From positions 238,064 to 302,063 of IMG/VR virus record IMGVR_UViG_3300021077_000115: DNA of 64,000 nt; one strand, written 5' to 3'. The DNA comes from a virus. This document shows, piece by piece, positions 8,196 through 15,761 of this stretch (within the stretch, counting starts at the first letter, position 1; each line of letters starts with the position of its first letter). Made by a program: the position numbers and the translations under genes. A model generated the notes under the pieces. The model searched no databases. It worked only from the letters and a program-made list of their open reading frames with translations, and was not told the DNA's origin.

Positions 8196-8784
8196 TAATC
8201 TTCTCGAATAATTCCTTGGTCATCTTAACGTCACCGTCAGCTCTATGGGCCGTAGCCTTAGTAATGCTGAAGTCTTTGACCAAAGCTCCGAGACCATAAC
8301 GTGCTCGCTTCTTTCCAGTGCAAACATCGATCAGTCGAGCAAGCTGCATCGTATCGATGATGTATCCCTGATTGCGTCTCTTGCCTTTGCCCTCGATCCA
8401 ATATCCGAATGGAAAATCGTCTTCGGAGCCGGCCTTGCGCCACAGAGCAAGAAGGAATTGATAATCGAAGTCAGGATTCTGACCGATGAATACCCGCTCT
8501 TCCGCAGCTGCCCCATCCTCCATCAGCCACATTTCGATCTCTGGAAGAACTTCGCTTGGGAGCCTATATGTTTCCCTTCCCTTTTGAGTTTTACAAAGGA
8601 TATCTTCCAGAAGATGTCCATTGACACGAAGAGCTTCATCTTCGATATTCTCCGGAGATAAAGGCTTAAGACACCAAGTCTTGCTTTCGACGTCACCTAT
8701 ACGCCAAAGGCAAAGTTCAATGACATCGTGTTTTTCTGGATCTGTACCTGTTGTTTCTACGTCACAGACATATTGAACATACAT
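8134..8784 (-). CDS. DEDD-family 3'-5' exonuclease (DnaQ/RNase T-like)
   Basis: The N-terminal exonuclease motif I is VCDVETTGTDPEKHDVIELC. Later there is an H-x-A-x-x-D-like motif (ATAHRADGDVKMT) at the C-terminus. Confidence 0.75.
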   Translation of the reverse strand: MYVQYVCDVETTGTDPEKHDVIELCLWRIGDVESKTWCLKPLSPENIEDEALRVNGHLLEDILCKTQKGRETYRLPSEVLPEIEMWLMEDGAAAEERVFIGQNPDFDYQFLLALWRKAGSEDDFPFGYWIEGKGKRRNQGYIIDTMQLARLIDVCTGKKRARYGLGALVKDFSITKATAHRADGDVKMTKELFEKIIAVLKDPIIAAFSESYSERN

Positions 8785-8967
8785 GTCATTTAGACGGACT
8801 CAGCGAATCGCTCTCGACTGGCTTTGTTGGCGGAGATAAACGATCGAAGTACCGCATAAACCAGATCATTATTTCCTCAGCAACAGGAATATCAATCGTA
8901 GACCCTAGTTCATTAGAGAATCGAAGGAAATGATCATCTCTTATACTTCTTGTTCCTTGGAATATAA

Positions 8968-9321
8968 TCATACCTTTACCTGCAACTGTCTTTTGAATTC
9001 AGAAACAGATTTCCATCCATTTTTAATTCCACTGATGATGAACATCACTCCATCTGTTGTTCGAAGAAATTCTTTTTCCTTAGATGTGAAACGTATTCCC
9101 TTAAGAACAAGAGCTTCTTGTTCGTTTATGAATATCTTCCAATCCTCATGAGAGCTGTTAGCAACTCTCTTTACTCTTACAGAATTACCTGGAATATAAT
9201 CTTCATCATTGAAGAACTCGGAGTCTTGTTTTATAAAAGACCCTTTCTTACCAGCTTTTTCGTCATAGGCAAATTGATCATCATCTGCATATTTATTGTA
9301 AGCACTTTCGCTTCCATTCAT
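8968..9321 (-). CDS. hypothetical protein (117 aa)
   Basis: ORF in operon orientation; its stop overlaps a downstream 61-aa ORF (8786..8971). Confidence 0.4.
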   Translation of the reverse strand: MNGSESAYNKYADDDQFAYDEKAGKKGSFIKQDSEFFNDEDYIPGNSVRVKRVANSSHEDWKIFINEQEALVLKGIRFTSKEKEFLRTTDGVMFIISGIKNGWKSVSEFKRQLQVKV

Positions 9322-10565
9322 CTTGCAGCTCCTTCAGCTGCCACCGCTCCCATAATGCCGGCAGCTGCTATACCTTTAATTCCTGCACATTCTCCAGCGA
9401 CAAATAAACCATCAACCTCGGTTTCTAAGTTGTTAGCTATATTTATCTTGCTTATATTTGTATCAATATCTGGAACATGGAAATATCCTCTATTGATAAT
9501 ATTAGGGAATACTGGCTCAAGAGATTTTAGAACTCCTCCAACCCAAGAGTATTCTGGCATTTCTGCCAAATCTCCAACGCCATGAGTAAAGCTCTTTATC
9601 TTCTCTCTACCTACCCTATCACCAGATAACAAATGTGATAGTTTTGCAATCCTATCCACATGCGCACATGGACTGGTATTCACTTCAATGCTTTTCTGTA
9701 CTGAGAAGAATACCTTGTCTGACTTCCACCTATCTTCATTAGATCTGAAAGCGGCGATAGTCATGTCGTCATGATCTTCTTGTATTACGGAGCCCATCCA
9801 TTGAAGAGGGCCAATATCCAAATCACCTTTTACCAAAGAGCAATGAGATTTATGGAACTCTTTCAAGGCCGATGATGGCATTTCGACTCTGACGCCATAC
9901 CTTGCTATATTATCTTGCTGTAAGAGACCTAGGTTTTTGTAAATGTTATTAACCCAGCGCCAGCCGCTTCTACCAACTCCCAGAATAAGCTTCTTACAAT
10001 TGAAATCTCCTTGAGAAGTATTGACAACGAATTTCTTATCGTTCTTCAGGAAATCGAATACCTCAGTGTCAAAGCTTAGGTATACATTACCAGCGGATTC
10101 AATCTTCTCTGAAGATATCTTTGATAACTGATGTATCTGATCTGGATTCCATTGATCATAATTATGTACAACCAAATCAAATCCATTATCAGCAATAGTC
10201 TTCTTAATAGCCGGAGATGGTTGTTTGGTTTTTATGTTTCGTTGGACATTTACTTCACTCAATTGCAAATCTAGCCAGTCTTTTATTGCACGGACTCGCC
10301 TACCATCAGCAATTTCCAAAACCTTATCAGCATCCTCATCTAAGTAGATCTTACCATCCCCTGTAGGGAAACATCCTAGATATCCTTCTAATTGGCGACG
10401 TCTACGTTTCACATGGATTGGATCTTGGCGCAAACAATTAGGAGGAGGTGGCCCGAACTCGAACACAACAACTTTCAGGCTCTTGTGTCGTTCGGCTAAT
10501 CTTAACGCCGCGAATACGCCAGAAACACCAGCACCAATAATTCCGATATCATAATTATAGTTCAT
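9318..10565 (-). CDS. FAD-dependent oxidoreductase (COG2509-like uncharacterized FAD dehydrogenase)
   Basis: The N-terminal Rossmann motif is DIGIIGAGVSGVFAALRLAE. The C-terminal GECAGIKGIAAAGIMGAVAAEGAA is typical of the FAD-dependent C-terminal domain. Confidence 0.7.
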   Translation of the reverse strand: MNYNYDIGIIGAGVSGVFAALRLAERHKSLKVVVFEFGPPPPNCLRQDPIHVKRRRRQLEGYLGCFPTGDGKIYLDEDADKVLEIADGRRVRAIKDWLDLQLSEVNVQRNIKTKQPSPAIKKTIADNGFDLVVHNYDQWNPDQIHQLSKISSEKIESAGNVYLSFDTEVFDFLKNDKKFVVNTSQGDFNCKKLILGVGRSGWRWVNNIYKNLGLLQQDNIARYGVRVEMPSSALKEFHKSHCSLVKGDLDIGPLQWMGSVIQEDHDDMTIAAFRSNEDRWKSDKVFFSVQKSIEVNTSPCAHVDRIAKLSHLLSGDRVGREKIKSFTHGVGDLAEMPEYSWVGGVLKSLEPVFPNIINRGYFHVPDIDTNISKINIANNLETEVDGLFVAGECAGIKGIAAAGIMGAVAAEGAAR

Positions 10566-11229
10566 AGGAGGATGTGGCGCTCAAATAAGATTGCCTTACA
10601 CAATCATATATCGCGTCTGTTCCTGATATAACATCATCCTGAATATCTTTGATCTTATTCTCTAATTTACCAGATACTCCCAATGGCCACATAAACCAAT
10701 AAGCAGAGCTTTTGAAATATTTGGTATCTATTTTTGTGGCATCCGCAGAGAGTAATTCAGCTATCTTGCTAGGTTGATTTTTTAAGAATTTGAGTTGTGA
10801 GTTCGATACAAACAAACTCATCGCATATGCATCAATCTCAAAATAAGTTCTAAATGGCGCTGGTAATGGAGCTGCACAAACCAAGAATAGCAAAAACCAT
10901 ATAGAAAATGGCGCTAAGAGAGCAAGAATAACCAAGCATTGCGGAAATAAATACAATAGACCAAATAGTATTTTACCATACTTATTAGCTTGCTTCACAT
11001 GAACTAATTCATGAGCTAATAATATAATTGAAGATTGGTCATTATTTTTGACAAAATCTTTACTTGGGAAATATATAGTACTTCCAATAGTTGATACGAA
11101 ATTAGTCATGAAGCTTTTGCTAAAGAATAATAGAGCTCCAAGGAACTTCATAAACAATGATTCATTTTTGTATTTGATATCGAACTTATACAACTTATGC
11201 ATGTTGTCTTCGAAAGCTTTAAAATACAT
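10555..11229 (-). CDS. membrane-associated HExxH protein (putative zinc metallopeptidase)
   Basis: HELVHVKQ HExxH motif followed by two strongly hydrophobic segments (LLYLFPQCLVILALLAPFSIWFLLFLVCAAPL). Confidence 0.45.
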   Translation of the reverse strand: MYFKAFEDNMHKLYKFDIKYKNESLFMKFLGALLFFSKSFMTNFVSTIGSTIYFPSKDFVKNNDQSSIILLAHELVHVKQANKYGKILFGLLYLFPQCLVILALLAPFSIWFLLFLVCAAPLPAPFRTYFEIDAYAMSLFVSNSQLKFLKNQPSKIAELLSADATKIDTKYFKSSAYWFMWPLGVSGKLENKIKDIQDDVISGTDAIYDCVRQSYLSATSSYEL

Positions 11230-11235
11230 AACATC

Positions 11236-12801
11236 CTATGATTTTTCAACAGCAAAACATAGTCTTGTCAGACTAACTTCTGGTGTGATTATATTACCAC
11301 CTTGAGATTCAGCAAAGAATTCTAATGTAGCTGCTGTTAGACCTGTTATTATGACTAGTAATTCGACACCATTTGTTACAGTTGGAATTATAGTCCTTTC
11401 GGTGCTGGCTCCTGGCTGAGAGGTCTTACTTCCACCATCTATTATGTAAGATACTCTGAAATCTAATATATCAGCATTTGGTGAGTTTACATCCAAGCTC
11501 AATCTACAAATCCAAGAATTTGTAGGAACCGACTCTCCTACAATAACGCTATACGCTCCCATGCTTGCCCATGATGGAGCATCTATTAATGTTGGTGTTG
11601 TAATTGAGTAGGATCCTGCATATTTAATATCACTATTGTCATTGCTACAATTTCCCAAAATATGGTTGAAGTATAATACCTCTACAGTATCACCTGGAAT
11701 TAAAGATCCAGAAGTCAGCGTAATAGTATTTCCGACAACTATATAATCTGTCTGCTTGATTCCATCAATAAACAAAAGAACAAAATCATTCCACGCTTCA
11801 TTTGATAGTGTTAATATCATTTGACCAATCATTGTAACTGTCAATGATTCTGTAATTGGCTGCCAGATATCTCCTTCCGTATCTGTAACAGTATAGTAGG
11901 CCTCAACTACATCGCTTGTAATTAATGAAGGAGTGCCTGTCCAAGTAAGACTTTGACCAATCACGGTGTAGCTACTTATTGGTTGTTTTAGGCCGCCAAT
12001 GAATAGGGTAACAAGACCATTTTTTGGTACTAATGATAGTGTAAAGGCAGTCTGACCATTTATCAAAACTGGAAGGACTTCAAGAGTTGGCCTGTATACA
12101 TTTCCTAAGTTAGTATCATGGAAAACTTCATAGAAAACTTCAAAATTATCTGATGTAGAGACGGCTTGTCCAGACCATATTAAGCTGGAACCAGATACAA
12201 TGTAATCATCAACTTCTTGCTTGATTCCATCTATGAAAACCATTACTATGTGGTTGTAAGGGACAAGAGATAAAGTAAAGCTTGTCTGACCATTTGATGT
12301 GACTGGTAATGATTCTTGAATTGGCTGATAACCATCAATACATTTACCAGTACCGCCTCCACAACAAGGAATATGAACATTCACACGGCCATTTATAGCA
12401 AAGTCTATATCTTCGGTTACTGTTACTCCATCTCCGAAGAAATTGATCTGTTTAACTTGAGCATTATCAGTTACTGTTGCCGAATTGTAAAAAACTCCAA
12501 TACCAATAGATGCCCAAATAGAGCAGAGCAATGCCTCCATTGCGTCTAAACGGTCTCTTACAGTTGTATAAGTTCCACTGGGCTGAATTCCCAATTCGCC
12601 TTCAACCGCCAGAATTGACTCTCTATGGCGGTTTACAACTTCAGCTTTTACCGGAGTCTGCAAGTCTACAATTACGGGCAAACCACGGGTATCCGTAGGG
12701 CGCGGGTCATCCTGATCGCACGGATAGCGGGTATAGGTATATGCCGGATTCACCCCGCAAGGTACTGGATTACTAAAATCGCATGGGTTGATAGTTACCA
12801 T
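11236..12801 (-). CDS. virion structural-like protein with three tandem ~70-aa repeats
   Basis: Three repeats of the pattern (L/V)xxNGQTxFTLSLVP.N..V..FIDGIKQ...Y.V.G..L... at residues ~159-227, ~237-306 and ~314-379. A CCGGGTGKC Cys/Gly cluster precedes them. Confidence 0.5.
   Translation of the reverse strand: MVTINPCDFSNPVPCGVNPAYTYTRYPCDQDDPRPTDTRGLPVIVDLQTPVKAEVVNRHRESILAVEGELGIQPSGTYTTVRDRLDAMEALLCSIWASIGIGVFYNSATVTDNAQVKQINFFGDGVTVTEDIDFAINGRVNVHIPCCGGGTGKCIDGYQPIQESLPVTSNGQTSFTLSLVPYNHIVMVFIDGIKQEVDDYIVSGSSLIWSGQAVSTSDNFEVFYEVFHDTNLGNVYRPTLEVLPVLINGQTAFTLSLVPKNGLVTLFIGGLKQPISSYTVIGQSLTWTGTPSLITSDVVEAYYTVTDTEGDIWQPITESLTVTMIGQMILTLSNEAWNDFVLLFIDGIKQTDYIVVGNTITLTSGSLIPGDTVEVLYFNHILGNCSNDNSDIKYAGSYSITTPTLIDAPSWASMGAYSVIVGESVPTNSWICRLSLDVNSPNADILDFRVSYIIDGGSKTSQPGASTERTIIPTVTNGVELLVIITGLTAATLEFFAESQGGNIITPEVSLTRLCFAVEKS
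11665..12327 (-). repeat. three tandem protein-level repeats (~210 nt each) inside CDS 11236..12801
   Basis: The repeat units align: SLPVTSNGQTSFTLSLVPYNHIVMVFIDGIKQ / VLPVLINGQTAFTLSLVPKNGLVTLFIGGLKQ / SLTVTMIGQMILTLSNEAWNDFVLLFIDGIKQ. Confidence 0.6.
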
Positions 12802-12879
12802 TGATCCTCAAAAGCTAGCCATGGTTTCATTTTATATGGCAGATTATGTATACCCGGATCTAACGGATTAAACGAAATA

Positions 12880-12905
12880 ACCCTGGAAGTTTTCACTTCC
12901 AGGGT
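12880..12905 (-). terminator. candidate intrinsic terminator: perfect 10-bp stem, 6-nt loop
   Basis: ACCCTGGAAG-TTTTCA-CTTCCAGGGT. On the minus strand the hairpin is followed by TTATTTCGTTT. It lies 26 nt downstream of the stop of ORF 12931..13239. Confidence 0.45.
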
Positions 12906-12930
12906 CATTTACCACAAATGTTGTCAGCAA

Positions 12931-13239
12931 TTATTCTGCTTGGAACAACGTTTTGATTTGCCGCTGAGTTACTTTGCTCGGATTGATGCGGTAATAGAAC
13001 GTCCTCCGGCTGGTCTTGCGAGCTAGGTCATCAGAGCTTTTACACTCAACCCGGAACCCACCAAATTCAGCCTTTCGCAGATCTCGTACCCTGGCAGTTG
13101 CTGACGGAATCCTACTCAAACGAGAACGTGGGATCCATTCGCCATCAGCTGACAATAGGCGTACACCAACGCGCTGGGTGTTATTGGTTATCTTGGTCAT
13201 CTTCTGAATTGCTTGGATTGTTGTCTTCAATGTTTTCAT
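12931..13239 (-). CDS. Arg-rich hypothetical protein encoded in a GC-rich (~52% GC) islet. It may be a horizontally acquired gene, or the ORF may be spurious over a structured RNA.
   Basis: Hand-counted GC for 12961-13200 is about 50-55%, against about 36% background. The ORF is uninterrupted and Arg-rich (MKTLKTT...GFRVECKSSDDLARKTSRRTFYYRINPSK). Confidence 0.35.
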   Translation of the reverse strand: MKTLKTTIQAIQKMTKITNNTQRVGVRLLSADGEWIPRSRLSRIPSATARVRDLRKAEFGGFRVECKSSDDLARKTSRRTFYYRINPSKVTQRQIKTLFQAE

Positions 13240-13438
13240 TTTGTCTTCCTTGTTGTACGATTGGGCCTGAAACAGACTTCACAGCTTCAATCAATTTTGC
13301 TAATGATACTTCAGCCGAATTTACTAGTAACTCCAGATGATTGTCTGCTTTCCTAACCGCGACTAGCACATGAATATGATGTGCCTTTTTTGATCGCTGA
13401 AGTTCTAAGTACCCACCATCACCGAAAGAAATTCGCAT
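13181..13438 (-). CDS. hypothetical protein (85 aa) with an acidic C-terminal tail
   Basis: ORF that overlaps the start of the GC-rich ORF. The C-terminus is NENIEDNNPSNSEDDQDNQ. Confidence 0.35.
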   Translation of the reverse strand: MRISFGDGGYLELQRSKKAHHIHVLVAVRKADNHLELLVNSAEVSLAKLIEAVKSVSGPIVQQGRQNENIEDNNPSNSEDDQDNQ

Positions 13439-13447
13439 TGCTCGACC

Positions 13448-14251
13448 TCAAAAATCTTTGGCACTTATACCGTGATCAGTAATAATATGCCTGTTTCCAT
13501 CTTCATCAATGGTTACACTATGTTCAAAATGACATCCGATGTCATGAGTTACAACTGTCCATTTATCAACCAATGTTCTTGCCCGAGTATTATTACCAAG
13601 GACAAACATAGGCTCTATTGCAATTGACATTCCTGGTTGAAGCTTCACCCCTTCATTAACTCCAGATTTATTTGATACAAATGGATCTGCGTGCAATTTA
13701 TCATTGTCGATTCCATGACCGCCAAAATCTGTAATTACTCCAAACTTGTCTTGCTTAGATCTTTCCCAAATCGCCTTGCCGAGTTCGCCAATACGCCTAC
13801 CAATCTCTACAAGCTTTATGGCATCATGCAAAGCTTCTTGACAAGATATTAGCATACGGCCAATTTCAGGATTGGTTATCTTACCATATACATATGTTAC
13901 GGCACAGTCTCCAATTGCCCCTTCGAAAGTTGCTCCGATATCTACTTTTAGAACGTCCCCATCCTTCAAATTGATATCTCTGGTGCCAATGCCATGAACA
14001 AGCTCTTTATTCAAAGAGGCACAAATAGAAGCCGGGAATCCTCGATAGTAAAGGAAAGTTGGAGTACAATTATTATATCTAATCAACTCCTCTACTAAGG
14101 AATTAAGCTTGGAAAGCGTTAGGCCACTGGCCGTGCCTTTCAACATAGCATAAATCTCATTATGAGCCTTAGCTACAACACGACCAGCAATCTTCTGCCG
14201 CTCAATCCACTCTTTGTCCTTCAGAACAATTATTTCACTCTTTTGGGTCAT
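13448..14251 (-). CDS. map: methionine aminopeptidase, type I
   Basis: FGGHGIDNDKLHADPFV and VTHDIGCHFEHSVTIDEDG match MetAP metal-binding blocks (H-x-D ... E-x-x-E). The 267 aa length fits. Confidence 0.85.
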   Translation of the reverse strand: MTQKSEIIVLKDKEWIERQKIAGRVVAKAHNEIYAMLKGTASGLTLSKLNSLVEELIRYNNCTPTFLYYRGFPASICASLNKELVHGIGTRDINLKDGDVLKVDIGATFEGAIGDCAVTYVYGKITNPEIGRMLISCQEALHDAIKLVEIGRRIGELGKAIWERSKQDKFGVITDFGGHGIDNDKLHADPFVSNKSGVNEGVKLQPGMSIAIEPMFVLGNNTRARTLVDKWTVVTHDIGCHFEHSVTIDEDGNRHIITDHGISAKDF

Positions 14252-15044
14252 CTTCTTTCTTAGAAACCCTCTTGTTGCTGCGACCTTGCTTCTTTAGTAT
14301 TTCTTTTTGTGCTTTGACGCGCTCGGCAATCAATGCCAACTCAGCCTCTTCGGAATCATCAACCGGCTCGGGTTTGGCCTCTCCCTTGAACTTCTTAACT
14401 GCTTCCTTATCGGCCTCATTCTTGAAATAAAAATCATGAATTTCAGCCTTCTCTTTATCAGTTAGATCTCGACAAAGTTTTTCCTCTAACTTTAGTTCAT
14501 CTTCTCTTTGAGAGTATCTAGCTTCATCAATATATCTTCTAGCTTGCTCATCATCTGGATGATCTGGTGCAGTATCAGCATCTTCCCAAAATCCATCTGA
14601 TGACGATGTATCAAGAGATACAGTTGCCTCATTAAGATCACGGATAGCTGAAGAACCAATCTCTATTGTTGGAATTTCAGTATTGGGAACTATAGTTATA
14701 TTGCCATCCTTATTCAACTCGAATTTGACAATATTGACCGCATTATGAGAGAATATTTTGAAGTCAGGATCTTTTTTTGACTCCTCAAATACCTTTCTCC
14801 AATTCTCAAGATCTATTTGAGTTGGTTTATAATTATCATCGCCAATCTTGACCAGAAGTAATTCATTTGGAAACAAATCATCAATATTTGTTTCTCTTAA
14901 TACTTCAATAAACTTCTTATCAAGCTTAATTCTCATATCATTGAGAGGCCTGAAATCATCTTTGCCAGAAACGCCCTTATCATTCATTACTACATTAATA
15001 TGATTACGTACAGTAACAAGGGCGGCCAGATCAGATATCTTCAT
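14235..15044 (-). CDS. hypothetical acidic protein with a Lys/Glu-rich C-terminus (269 aa)
   Basis: ORF coupled to map. C-terminal EDELKLEEKLCRDLTDKEKAE...KKEDDPKE. Confidence 0.5.
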   Translation of the reverse strand: MKISDLAALVTVRNHINVVMNDKGVSGKDDFRPLNDMRIKLDKKFIEVLRETNIDDLFPNELLLVKIGDDNYKPTQIDLENWRKVFEESKKDPDFKIFSHNAVNIVKFELNKDGNITIVPNTEIPTIEIGSSAIRDLNEATVSLDTSSSDGFWEDADTAPDHPDDEQARRYIDEARYSQREDELKLEEKLCRDLTDKEKAEIHDFYFKNEADKEAVKKFKGEAKPEPVDDSEEAELALIAERVKAQKEILKKQGRSNKRVSKKEDDPKE

Positions 15045-15046
15045 TT

Positions 15047-15415
15047 TTACTCTACCCCTTCAGAAGGTTCAACCTCTACCTTTGGATCTTCGACTACCGC
15101 AACCTTCTTATTACGCTTCTTCTTTTCAGGCTTATCAGCAGGGCCTTGCTCATCATCATCCTCAGTTGCCTTTGGCCATTCAACAGTTCCGGTAGAAACA
15201 TCTACACGACAATTTTGAGCAAGCCCCTTAGCCAAGTACAACTGTTGAATTTGAACCTTAAACTCAAGCTCTGACAATCGAGCATCCTTCAATGCCTTTT
15301 CGGCAACAGAAGCAGCTTCAATAGCCTTTGCTCGTGCAGCGACAATAGGTTCCATGTCTTCTTTGCTAATCTGCGTAACTTTAGTCATTCTCATTCTCCT
15401 CTTGATCAAATACAC
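15047..15415 (-). CDS. hypothetical protein (122 aa) with a Lys-rich tail
   Basis: ORF in operon orientation. Confidence 0.45.
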   Translation of the reverse strand: MYLIKRRMRMTKVTQISKEDMEPIVAARAKAIEAASVAEKALKDARLSELEFKVQIQQLYLAKGLAQNCRVDVSTGTVEWPKATEDDDEQGPADKPEKKKRNKKVAVVEDPKVEVEPSEGVE

Positions 15416-15761
15416 TCCATGTATTTACGACCATCTCATAATAAAGCTTCTTGGCTAATGTTCTCGCCTTAATATCTTTTCGCATGATAAATTTAGGCTT
15501 GAACCATTGAGCTAGTTTAGTATCCTGACAATAGATTTCATATCCTCTATCACCATCTTCTATAATCTCTACTTCTAGTTCACCAAGCAAACCACGTAGT
15601 TTTATCTTTTCTTCTACAGTTAGTAATATATCAGGCCAAATATCTTCTAGAGGAACACCTATCTGTTCTAGTATGCTTTTAATAAAAAGGTTTCTCTCCT
15701 CTTCCTCTACAACCTTTTCGTCTCCTCTATCTAGATAAACCGACCGATTCATTACCCACAT
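15381..15761 (-). CDS. hypothetical protein (126 aa)
   Basis: ORF in operon orientation. It overlaps the nrdJ stop region. Confidence 0.45.
   Translation of the reverse strand: MWVMNRSVYLDRGDEKVVEEEERNLFIKSILEQIGVPLEDIWPDILLTVEEKIKLRGLLGELEVEIIEDGDRGYEIYCQDTKLAQWFKPKFIMRKDIKARTLAKKLYYEMVVNTWSVFDQEENEND

Noticed and set aside
12931-13240. tRNA or tmRNA hidden in the GC-rich islet
   Set aside because: I found no GTTCGAATC/GTTCAAATC-type T-loop, and no acceptor-stem complementarity with a CCA-proximal end, on either strand by eye. This was not excluded computationally.
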